From Dimargaris cristalligena (lineage: Eukaryota): a DNA stretch of 46,038 nucleotides. The stretch lies in NCBI GenBank assembly GCA_003614675.1, contig ML002296.1, forward strand, positions 1-46,038, given 5' to 3'. The notes beneath the pieces are model-generated. The model made no database searches. It had not been told where the DNA came from and worked only from the letters and a program-made list of their open reading frames with translations. Numbering within the stretch: the first letter of the stretch is position 1; each line of letters begins with the position of its first letter. Shown in pieces: positions 11,915 through 22,941 of the stretch. The translations under genes and the position numbers were made by a program.

Positions 11915-14897
11915 GGCGGTGATGGTGGTGGCCGATTTAGGGAGCGGAAGAAGGATTTAAATGGGCAGGTTTGCCAAAGGGGGGGGGCGGTGTACAAGTT
12001 AATTAGTTATATATATTCGAATAAAAGCCAAACTTGCGGTGGTTAAAGGACTGATTTCCGTGCAATTATCGGCAGAGACAGGTTAGCAGGGTCGCTTTTT
12101 ATATGAACCACAAGGATCCATGGTCGGTCTGGAACGACAGTAGCTCTATCAAACTTTCTACGAATAATTGACCAGTCCAATTGCGGGAGGATATTAGATG
12201 GGAGAGTTCGCGGAATGCAATGACCCTGCGAGTCATCTACGTTGGTGAATAGTGTAGATAAGATTACATGGGTGGGGTGGCAAAAGCCCGCGGAAGCTGT
12301 AGAAGCTGATGGACTGACGGTCCCTCTTTCCAAGGTTACACTTTGAATTGTTGGTGCTTCCCAATCCCGTCTGCTCTACTTTTTGTAAAAAAACTACATT
12401 GCGTGGGCGGATACTGCTTATGCTTTAGTCGCTGATGCACTAAAAATAGATACTCGAAGTGAGGATTGCCGCGTAGGACTTAAATCCCATGTTGCCGTGT
12501 TATTTCCAACAGCCGGGATTATAGGTTTTCCTAGAGTAAAAAGTAGTACCGAAAATAGCATCCACAGTACCCTCCCTCCCCATTCATTGTTAGTGATTTG
12601 AGAAAGAGGTGGGGGGAGTAAGTCGTCCGAAATTGAAATATAAAATTATTCGCTAGCTAACCATTTGGGTTGCTAGTAGGTAGGGAGAAGGGGTACTCTA
12701 AGCAGTTTTGTTTTGGGTATTGGTACTTATATTTGTATATAAACTACACTCTATAAATGGGTGACTAAAGGGGCGAGCGTGACAATAGAGAGTGGGCTGT
12801 GTCTGCGTAAATTTTATCGTCGGGTTTTTGGGGCTGAGAGGGGGAGATTTCCATACCACTATAATTTCTCTTGTCATTTTCTCATCATTCGAATATTTTT
12901 TGTGAGTATATAGGAATAACTGGTATGGCTAGGGAATGTTGACTATAAGAATAGGGAGAATACACGCACCTGTTTGATGTGCGCCACGAGGAGAGGGAAA
13001 GGAGGGGTATGGCTTTCCACCTCCCCTCCCCGTTTTCGCGCCTTTTCTCCCGCCTACTGCCTACTCCTCTACATTGTGAACAGAGAACACATGGCTAGGT
13101 GGTACTGCGAATTCGTGATGAGTAGCCAGTGCATTGCCCATCCGACTCTCTGTTTTTTTTTAAAATAAATAAATACTTTGACCACCAGTTTGTACCGCTC
13201 CCTATAGTCATTATCGGCCTGCCATTAAAAAAAACCGCCGGCCAAATGAAGGGCGGTATGGCCGGTTATGCCACCTAGTTCCTAGGTGCTAATCCCCAAT
13301 CCCATAGTTTCCCCATCGAAGATGGACCACCCCGCAAGTAGCGTACATGAACGTTTTAAATTTATTCGCCAGAGACAGAAAGAAACATAGTTTCGTTTGC
13401 TTTCCTCAAGCCCCTTCAATAAAAATATTACTTTACAGAAACCAATAAATGGTTTATTTTAGCAACGGTAGCTGTGCTCGGCAGGAGGTTAGTGAAGTGA
13501 CCATCCACCGAACATTTTCAATTGGTATAGTCCATTCACAGTTCCATAAAACAGGGAACAAGAATACGAATGTGGGGATATGATAGGGTAGTACCTATTG
13601 AACCAACTGTGCAAGAAAAGCCAGCGAAAAGTTCATGCGATGAACATATGGACGGAAGGGGTGTGGCGTTCGTCAACAGCCATTGGAGGTAGCCGGCAAC
13701 AGGACAAGCAGGAGCACTGGGGTGCCATAGTAGTCCCCGTCTGAGCTCTTGACCCCCCAGTACCACCGCCCACATTTGGGGTTTGGGGACTACCTCTACC
13801 CAAATTATACTTGAAGATGGGTGCACCCGATGTGGAATAGGATGCTATTCCAAATAGACTGTGCCTAATTCCGCCAGCATTACTAGCACCACTGCCCACC
13901 TTACCGGCGGACAGGGCTGTGGCAGGTGTCGTTGCAGGACCTATATAATTACTGGCTTCTCTATCCGTACTTACTGGTGGGTGGGAGTGGATACTCAAGG
14001 GACGACAAATTGGCGGATGTAAATGACGTGGAATTAGGCCAGTAGTGACTACCATATTCATTCAAATTGCCATATACCCCCCCCCCCCCCACACACACAC
14101 TCCGTTTTATTGCCTCTGTCGTCATATCCATTATCGGAGCAGGAATTTTGGATGTAGAGACGGACCCCGAGCCGTTTGAATAGCGCAATTCTTCGGTACA
14201 TATGTTCATCGTGAGTTGAGCCACCTGGTTATGCTGCTCGAACTGTCCGCATTGTTACTGCATAAGCGGCGGGAAGTGTAACACTTTGACGCTTCCAGAT
14301 AAGGTCCACGGAATGTAACTTCAACTTGGTACAGAAAAGATAAACAAATGTGCTGGTTCGACCGGGGCCGTAATGAGAGGTAGGGTCTGGTATTTTAAAG
14401 AATATAGCATATAAATTTTTGCGGAATGGGATATTAATGATTAATGGGTTACCAGTCCGGTAATAAATGATAAAAAATACATGTTAATACATGGGATTTT
14501 GATAATAAATCGACCACGCCTGAATGTGGAAATCTAGTGCCAGGTGGCACCATTTTTGTTGGGCTAGACCCGATAATTTTAGATACGGGCTCAGCCTCCT
14601 TTTCAGGACAGTCATGTTGCTGGTGTAATGGGTAAGATGCTTATAGGAAAGAGTATGTTCAAAGATATAGACAGGCTAGGTTGGGGGGGGGGCACAATAA
14701 TCCTTGGCTGAAAGTAGACACATGTACAGGCAGTGGATAGCAAGTGGCGATATGTTCCGATGAAAAATAACAATACTGGCCATGACTATATTGAAGCAAG
14801 AGTTGGAGAATGTACACTATAGTAAATACTGGACTAATCTATTTTATTTTCGGGATTACAGCGTCTTTCGTCTGTAAAATTGAATGCTATGAAGATG

Positions 14898-14923
14898 TTA
14901 TTATTATTATTATTATTATTATT
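14898..14923 (+). repeat. (TTA)8 microsatellite
   Basis: Directly visible tandem trinucleotide. Confidence 0.9.
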
Positions 14924-15269
14924 TGGAAATGTATCACCGAAAAAATCGGCTTTTTATATATCACAGTATTAATAGTGATAAATCTGATGTAATTACTATA
15001 TCAGGATAAAAACAAGCTAAATACAGATTTGTTGAAAGTCATTGGAGGTATTTGATATATAACACTAGCTATCAGCCCCGGCATGCCAGAGAGTACTGCA
15101 GATACACTATAAGCATATGACCTACCCCCACTATTTGGCCGCTAAACTAGTACTATGGCTTCTTATGCTTAACACAGGCCTGTTGGTCATCCCCATTAAT
15201 AAATGGTTATACCTGGGCTGGATGGTGCCAGTTTTGTCATATATGCTAAGTGGAGAATTTCAAAGGGAT

Positions 15270-15381
15270 TGATGAGCGAGGTTCAGTCGGGCCTTATAAT
15301 GGAAAAATTCGTTTGATATAATAAATATGACCTGATAAATAGAATTGCTCCACTTTTTCCCTTATATATTTATACCCATAT
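15270..15381 (+). mobile_element. MITE-like element, internally deleted copy
   Basis: ATGAGCGAGGTTCAGTCGGGCCTTATAATGG...TTTGATA...AAATAGAA...ACCCATAT aligns with 10080-10223. Confidence 0.65.
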
Positions 15382-15756
15382 TCAGAATCTAACAGGTGAC
15401 AGCTTTCACAGTGAAGAAATTACAATAATAGGTCAGGGAAGCCATGTAGTCATGCTAACGATTGGTACATTATAATACAGTTGAGTTATAGATACTGGGT
15501 AACCGGGGCCCCTTGATCCCTAATCCTCCGGACATTCGCATAGATAATCTGAAGTACCACTTACCGGCATGTCCCAATACCACAATCAATTTGTGGATTC
15601 ATCACTAATTATTCTTTACTTTATAAAAATGACCAGTCCAAACCAAAAATGAACCATAGTGATTAAACTGATTGAATAAAACCAAACAAAATTATAACAC
15701 AAAACAGCTGGTCCAAAAAGAAGGGAAGGGGGTGGATGAGTCAAGTTAAAGTGGTA

Positions 15757-18744
15757 TCATGGAGAGGGTTCATTGTCGTCATTGTCGTCATTTTCAAGCT
15801 CCTCCTCCATGTCACGTAGTAGGTCGTCAAAATCAGAGTCGTTCGCCGACCCCTCGTCGTTCTCCCGCAGCACTATGGAATCCGTCGCGTATTCACTTGC
15901 GCTTCCCTCTTCGTCCATACTATCGTTTGACGAATCGCTACTATCGGAGCTGCCACTGCCACTCCCACTGCCACTACTACTACCGCTATCACTACTACTG
16001 CCACTCCCACTGCTGCTGTCGCTACTCTCATTAGTGTTCCTTGGGGGTTTCCCACCATTTACTGAAACGGGGTGCCCTAATTCATGGCGGAGCGGTGATT
16101 GGGATGACGTTGGAACCTGGTGGGTGAGCAGTCGTCGTTTTTTCTTATGCTTATTGACCAATAACGAGCGGCCGGTTTTAGGGGAGGTCGGAAAGGCAGT
16201 AGTCCCGGGTATCCGTAAAGCGGGATCGTTCTCATTGTCTGATGTGCCGCTAAGGTCTGACTGATCACTTAGGGAGGATGTCGTACGCTTACGCGAGACC
16301 AATGAGTTAGGTGAGGAGGTAACGCTGTCGCTTGCCGAGGCATCTTCATCAAAGTCGTCTTCTTCGTCCATTGAATCGTCCGCCCGATGGGGCCGCCGTT
16401 TCTTCTCACTGGCCACACTAGCGTCGTCATCATCGTCATCATCCTCGTCATCATCGAGGTCGTCGGTGTCAGTACCCATAAATTCCTTGAGGTCCGCATC
16501 AGCTTCGTCCCAGTCCACGTAAGCCAGTTTCGCCTCCATTTCCACCTCATTAATTTGCGGCTCTTCGGATAGGTCGGCGTCCAGGAGGTCGTCATCCGAA
16601 TTATTACTCGGGGCATCACTATCATAGCTCGTGTCGTCACGGTCGGATTGGGTAGACCAGGTTTCGGCGGAGTTGAGAACGTTATCGGGCGGGATTTCCG
16701 TAGCAGCCCCGTCGCCATCTCGGTCGGATTTGCAAGGGGTGTCGGCAACCGGCTGGGCAGAGGAAGGGGATGGTTGTATTGGATGGGGTGATTTGGACAC
16801 GGGTGAAGTAGTTTCAGGGTTCGGAGGCGGGGGCATAGAAGTCGCACCGTCGGCCCGGGGAGAGGTCCGGGAAGGATCTCGGCCTGTCGAGGTGGGCCAC
16901 CGGTAGGGCGCTTCATCCAGCCTTTTCCACGAGTGCAGCGAGTCAATCAGCCATTCGAATTTAACGATTTCCACTCCACCTAACCGCCGGGCCTCCTTGA
17001 CCTTGGCGGTGTCCGGTTTCCCGGCAACCAGATGGGTGACCCGGGGGGCGTTGGACGTCCCGGATCTGGGCAGCGATTCCGAACAACGGGCCCCAAAACT
17101 CCGGGCCCATTGCCAAATATCGGAACGCCGTGGATCGACGTCGAGGCGGATGACACTGCTGAAGACGATATGGACATCCCGCAACACCCGGCGTTTCAGG
17201 GAGGAAAGAAACTCAGCGACATCGGGCTTTTTGCCGCCCGCCCCTTGCTGCTGGTCGTCGACCCGATTATAGAACATGGCGTGGGCCTGGCTCAGGAGGC
17301 GGTAGATCCGGTCTAGTTCCCGGTCATGGTCTTCGAACGGGTGTTTGAAAACTACGGAAGGTGCTATCGGTGGAGTAGATTGAGCGGTCACTAGCTGGAC
17401 AGGAGTCGGTTCGGAGGCTATGGCTGTGTCTGGGGCTGCGGCTGAGTTGTCATCCGGTTCAGCAACGACTGTGGGCGGAGGAGTAGCCGTCGGCGTGGTT
17501 GTTTCATTCTCCGCTGGTTCGGATAAAGCTTCCTCTTTAGGGGGTAGAGGTGTAGAATCGTCGGTAGGGACAGTATTCACCGGCTCGCTGGGTTTCTCAC
17601 TAACATCGGCTGGGACCGGGGCGAGCACCTTGGGCGGAGGCGGCGGTGGGGGAGTCGGTGTAACTTCCGTGGTGGGTAAGTTTTGTTTAGGCAAAAACCC
17701 GGAATTAATATCACCAATACCCGTAAAAAAGCTGTAGGGTTTAACCTTGATCAAATGGGGCGAATTCTGCCACACGTCAGCCCGGTCGTCAATGGCCACT
17801 ACCATGGAGGAATCGCACGGAAAGAGGCGTTGGATGTTCTTATGGGTCACGCTACCGCTTTCATCCCGCGAGAGGATCCGCTCCTTAAAAATTTGGTGAT
17901 CGGGGTCGATGAGTTCGGCCACTTTTTCGGCGTACGCCCGGGTACCCATGGTGTAGATGTGCAGCTCGTACAAGGCGCTGACGCGCGTCAAAAAATCGCG
18001 CAAACCAGGGCGTAACTTAATGTAGTACAGTAGGGGACTCTCGGGCAGCTGGAAGCAGCCCACGTCGGCGCGTAGTTCGGGGGAGCACTCCGCGAGCCAG
18101 GCGTCCATGGGATCCCGCGTGGCGTTGGCGTGGATAATGGTCTGATCCAAATCGACGATCAGTGACAGTTTACGCCCTTCCAACAACCGCTCCGCCGTTT
18201 CCTGTTCCAGGCGTTGGGCCTCATCGCGGCTAACGGTTAGCCCCGTCATATCGTGGGCCATCCGAATGGTCGCCCGCGAGGTATCCAGCGTTCCGGGGGC
18301 ATCGGCGAAAGCCAGGTCTTTACCGCAAATCGCACACTGGCCAAAGTACTGCACGGCGTGGCTGCACGGCTCAGTCACGGTGACCACGGCCTCATTCTTA
18401 CCGGTCAGTTTGTGCCCGACTTGTACCCGCACTGCGTGCAGGGTGCCTTCAATGGGACTCCGTAGAATGTCACGCCGTTTCTTCCAGATCGGCGGTAATT
18501 TGGTGGACAGTTTCTTGCTGGACTCAAGGGCCGAACTGGTGGTGAAGACTAGCTTCTCCCCGTCTTCGTCATCGGACTCGTCATCCGTGGGGGGTTCGAA
18601 AACCTGGTACTCGTATATACAAAGCGGCCCTCCTTTGGAAATCTGGGGTGGCTCGGCGCCCTTGGACGGTTCCGCAATCTTTAGGGCCACCACGGTTGCC
18701 GGAAGATGGTGTTCTGGAATGCTTACGTCGCGCAATGTTTCCAT
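15757..18744 (-). CDS. FCP1: RNA polymerase II CTD phosphatase Fcp1 (995 aa)
   Basis: EPCSH...CAICG, HAD motif LIVDLDQTIIHA, YYIKLRPGL, LYELHIYTMGTRAYA, IDDRADVW, BRCT domain (THLVA...KFEWLIDS...W-x-RLDE-x-PY) and acidic low-complexity C-terminus. Confidence 0.97.
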   Translation of the reverse strand: METLRDVSIPEHHLPATVVALKIAEPSKGAEPPQISKGGPLCIYEYQVFEPPTDDESDDEDGEKLVFTTSSALESSKKLSTKLPPIWKKRRDILRSPIEGTLHAVRVQVGHKLTGKNEAVVTVTEPCSHAVQYFGQCAICGKDLAFADAPGTLDTSRATIRMAHDMTGLTVSRDEAQRLEQETAERLLEGRKLSLIVDLDQTIIHANATRDPMDAWLAECSPELRADVGCFQLPESPLLYYIKLRPGLRDFLTRVSALYELHIYTMGTRAYAEKVAELIDPDHQIFKERILSRDESGSVTHKNIQRLFPCDSSMVVAIDDRADVWQNSPHLIKVKPYSFFTGIGDINSGFLPKQNLPTTEVTPTPPPPPPPKVLAPVPADVSEKPSEPVNTVPTDDSTPLPPKEEALSEPAENETTTPTATPPPTVVAEPDDNSAAAPDTAIASEPTPVQLVTAQSTPPIAPSVVFKHPFEDHDRELDRIYRLLSQAHAMFYNRVDDQQQGAGGKKPDVAEFLSSLKRRVLRDVHIVFSSVIRLDVDPRRSDIWQWARSFGARCSESLPRSGTSNAPRVTHLVAGKPDTAKVKEARRLGGVEIVKFEWLIDSLHSWKRLDEAPYRWPTSTGRDPSRTSPRADGATSMPPPPNPETTSPVSKSPHPIQPSPSSAQPVADTPCKSDRDGDGAATEIPPDNVLNSAETWSTQSDRDDTSYDSDAPSNNSDDDLLDADLSEEPQINEVEMEAKLAYVDWDEADADLKEFMGTDTDDLDDDEDDDDDDDASVASEKKRRPHRADDSMDEEDDFDEDASASDSVTSSPNSLVSRKRTTSSLSDQSDLSGTSDNENDPALRIPGTTAFPTSPKTGRSLLVNKHKKKRRLLTHQVPTSSQSPLRHELGHPVSVNGGKPPRNTNESSDSSSGSGSSSDSGSSSGSGSGSGSSDSSDSSNDSMDEEGSASEYATDSIVLRENDEGSANDSDFDDLLRDMEEELENDDNDDNEPSP

Positions 18745-20141
18745 GGTAAATAACGGAAATTGAAGTGAAAATATATATTGTGTAGGATAAACAAAAAGAA
18801 AGTAGGAGAATGTGTTGAGACGCGAATTGCTGAGGAGAATTCACTTGAACAACTGGCTAGTCCCAGCGAGGGAATTGGTCAACGAGGCCAATCACGGACA
18901 AAAATGGAGTAAATGTAACACACTAATGAAAGGTGGGACGTCAACAATGAAGCACGCGAAATAGAACGGAAGGAAAGCGCGGAATGCCAACCAATAATAG
19001 AGACAGAAACGGGGCTTGAAATTAAGAAGGATACAGTCCGCAAATAGCAAAAAAACTAGCAAAAGGAATTAAAAGAGGGCGAATTCAGGAACAGAGGGAG
19101 CAGTTCAACATAGTCCTGGGTATAGAGGGGGGACCTCGCCGTTCAATATAACACGAAGGAGAATGGCCGACTTTGGTGAGGCAATGGGCTGCAAGTACGC
19201 ACTAGGTCCTTTTTGCATAGAGCAGCGAGATTTGCCACGGGTGAGGTCTTCCCAGTAGGAGAACTGAGGCTTTATAACTCCACGGTCTGGGCAACCAGGT
19301 ATAAGGAAACCTTAACTCGGGCATTAATGAAGGCAATGCGGTACTCCTGTAACTATATTTAAATGCAATGGGTGTGAAGTGGGGAACAAACCCCTACATG
19401 GCCGGTCTTGCTAAGGAAATGGTGCTAAAATTGAACAATCGAACCTGGACATCAACCACATATAGAAGTGGGCCCTTTAACTTCCAGTGCAACTGATATT
19501 TACCAATTATATTGACATGCCAATGTGCCAAGCCAGGAATATTTGTTTATCGGCACTCTATTAATTCAAGTTGGCTGAAACCACGGCCGATCTACTCTGC
19601 CTGGCCGAGATTACCTAGCACTACATTATCTCTGCGCTACCGAATGCTTATAAGTAGGCCATTTATGGCTATTATTTCTAGTATGCGACTAGCAAAGTAG
19701 AGGTGGTGGCTAGTGAATAGCACTGCTGGTACGCCAATTAATCTATCAGTCAACGTTTACGGCGCCTTAACCCAGCTAGTACCACGGGCATCGACCTACC
19801 GATTTGTAGTGTGGAAGTGATACAGGAAACATAGTTCCTGGCCCTATATAGCCTAGATTAACCGCATCATACTATACCACTAGGTGGATTGTGACGAAAT
19901 ATCGTAGACCTACGACACCGTATTGGTCCTGATAATGTCCCTCAAGTGCTTATAATGAGGAGAGGACAATAGCCCTACATGTCAACAGTATATTTTAACC
20001 CTCCATAACCGCCGGGTCTTCATTTGAGCAGCCGGACATTTCACAACACCTGTCTTTGCATATATATTTTTATTCCTTCATTTCACCAGCACCGCTCCAT
20101 TCTACGTTGCGCCAAACCTCCTCCTCCCCGATCCCCTCGAC

Positions 20142-22165
20142 ATGCACTGCCCTTCTTGCCAAGCCCCGTCTACGTATTTTATCGAAAACCCCTCCGAGGG
20201 CTCCACCGTATGTACGAAATGCGGGTTAGTTGTGGCGCAGGATAGGCTGGAGGACTCGGCCTACAATCCCCACTGGCAAAGGGGATCCCAGGTGGCCGAT
20301 GTCCATTTAGGCTTTAATATCGGACAGCGGCTCGAACTTACCCCGGTACCCCCCTTGAACGGGGAAGAGCAGGTGACTGACGCCTCCTCCTCCCATCCCT
20401 CCACCGGTAAAGTGACCGGGAAACGCGCCGCCCGCCGGGCCAGGGCCGAACTGCACCCGTACACAGTGGCACGGCGGAAAGCCGAAATTATGCGTATCAT
20501 GGCCTACATTAAGCGAATCGCTGATTGCTTAAATGCGCCCGGTCTGGTTGACCGGTGTCACTTTCTATTTAATCTGGCCGTATCGTCTACAGACCTGCGG
20601 CTGGGTCGAGCGGGCGAAATATTGGCCGGTGCCTGTTTACTAGTGGCAGCCCGTGAAAACGCCCGTCCTATACCCATGGAAAATATTTCTGTAAGTTAAG
20701 CGCTAATCTACCCAAAAACACATATGCTAGGGCAGGCCTGTTGACGGGAAGTCCCATGGATAATCGACACCACCTACCCCCTTCATCATTAGCGAACAAT
20801 CGTAGTTATGGTGATCCCTACACATATAACTGACATTGTCAATAAGTGTGTCGGTTAATTATCCCTCTGCAGAGTCTTGTCGGCGTCACACGCTTCGAAT
20901 TAGGCCGAACCCTCCGTAAACTCCAGCCACTGGTTCCCACCCAGGCCCTCACGGGGGACCGCGAATTTATAACCCAGTGCATCGACTCGGTATATACGCA
21001 CATGGGCCGTCTATACCAGGAAATTTCCGATGCAGATCCGACCAAGACCAAGCCTAGTTCTGACCAACTGTTCCATAGCTCCCACCGTGCCCGCATTATC
21101 GAGGTAGCCCATCGACTTTGGGACTTTGTCAAGGCCGCTAATGCGACTGGAGGCTGTCGACCCTCGGGTTGGTACGGCGCGATTACGCTGATGGCCCTCG
21201 AGCAGTACACCCATGAGCATGCCCTAACGGTAAGCACACCACCCGGGATGACTGAGGCGGTACCTACCGGCAGCCCAACCAACCCAATATTCATCGGTGA
21301 GCCGGGGGACATTCACGGATTGCGCGAAATTGTCAGTCAAAGTGTACAAATGGAGAAGCAGTCACGCATTACCTTATCATCCCGCTATGGCGAATTGCAG
21401 AAATTGATCCATTTTTACGCCCGGTATCTTCCTTGGGCCGCGGGTCAGTTGACTACCCGACAAGCCTACCGGTTTGCCCGGGATGTTGCCGTGCACCATC
21501 AAGCCATTAGCGATAAAATAACCTCCGGAATCGATCCGGTAGAGGCCAACAGTCCCGAGGTAGACGAGCAAACGGACCAGCCCTCGTCCACTAGCGAGCC
21601 AGACGCTGATGTATCCTCGTCACAATCCAATATTCCTCCAGTCAAGGCCAGCGCGGTATTTAGTCGGGTCTTTGGTCCCCAGATTAGTGAATCACTACCA
21701 TCTAAGAAAAACCTGCGGTACAGTCAACTGGCCGCCGTCCGTCAACAGTTAAGCCAACCCGACCCAACGACCTCCTTGGATGAGGAGCAAATAGTGCTCC
21801 AGCGTTTAATTTTAGCCGGCGTCCCTGATTCGGTTCTACGCACGGCCTCCCGGGAGTATCTGGATTCCCTAGTCACCACGATAGCCACCCACCTGCCGCC
21901 TTGCCAAATTGGCCAGGATACCTATGTATACGCCGACCAGCCGGACCCCGATATCCCCCTTTGGCCTTTGGATCAACAAGTCCGGGATCTGCTCAGTGGG
22001 TGCCCTTTCTGTGGTGGGTGGCATGGCTACCGTGTGGGACGACCCCATTCAGAAAACAGTCCCCATTCGAACGAAACAACCACCGGTGATCAAACTGCAG
22101 ACGGTATTTCGGAAATTGAAATTGACAATTACCTAAAAAAAACCCCGAGCCCACTCCACAACTAA
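20142..22165 (+). CDS. TFIIB-family factor, BRF2 (TFIIIB50)-like; exons 20142-20690 and 20873-22165, ~613 aa
   Basis: Zn ribbon CPSC...CTKCG; cyclin repeats (LAGACLLVAAREN-x-RPI; TGGCRPSGWYGA); phase-0 intron GTAAGT...AACTGAC...CAG; C-terminal LPPC and ISEIEIDNYLKKTP. The TFIIB-family call is firm; the BRF2 call is inference. Confidence 0.85.
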
Positions 22166-22941
22166 ACTGAACTCAACTAAACTATTCCCACGAAGCGCAT
22201 AAATAGATCGACTAGCTTACATTAGTCGGAGTGTACACCTATTGAGAGGGGGCGTTAGGTTCCAGGTTTAATGGTTACGGCCACTCCCATATATATATTT
22301 TTAAAAAAATATATCCGACAATGCATTGAGTTTGGCGACGTAACATAAATTGATTACAGATTCGACAACCTAGCTGGTCTATATGCGAATATAAAAATTT
22401 AATTATAGGTGCGGTCCAAATCCACAAATATCGCGAGTACAAGAAGTAGTTGGGCGAGAGCATGGATCGCTGTTACTGAACCCCGAATGCTGGATTGATT
22501 GGATCCAGGCCCACCTAATGATTAAATACTATTGGGTCTACTGATGTAATAATGTAATTCATCTATTTAATATGGCTGGTTTTTTTTAAAAAAATCTGAC
22601 ATATCACTACCTCCCATTGGACTCTAAATCAACCATTGTCCTGACCACATAGATAGTAATAGTAAAGGGTGATAAATAGCCATCTATTTACAGTCCAGTC
22701 ACTTACACGGCTTGGCAGCCCGAATCCCAATTCCGCTTACTTTGATGCTGGTTAAGTTGGTAAATGGGTTTAAGAAATGACTGCATTTACAAAAATATAA
22801 AGGGGATAACCATATTTAAAGTATTATATATAATAAAATCACGGGCATGTGGAGTGATAATCAGGTATAGCCCAGGAGACTTTAACGAATTGTTTGATGT
22901 GCATACGTATTGGGAAGGAGTGGAGTGCGGAGCACAGTAAA

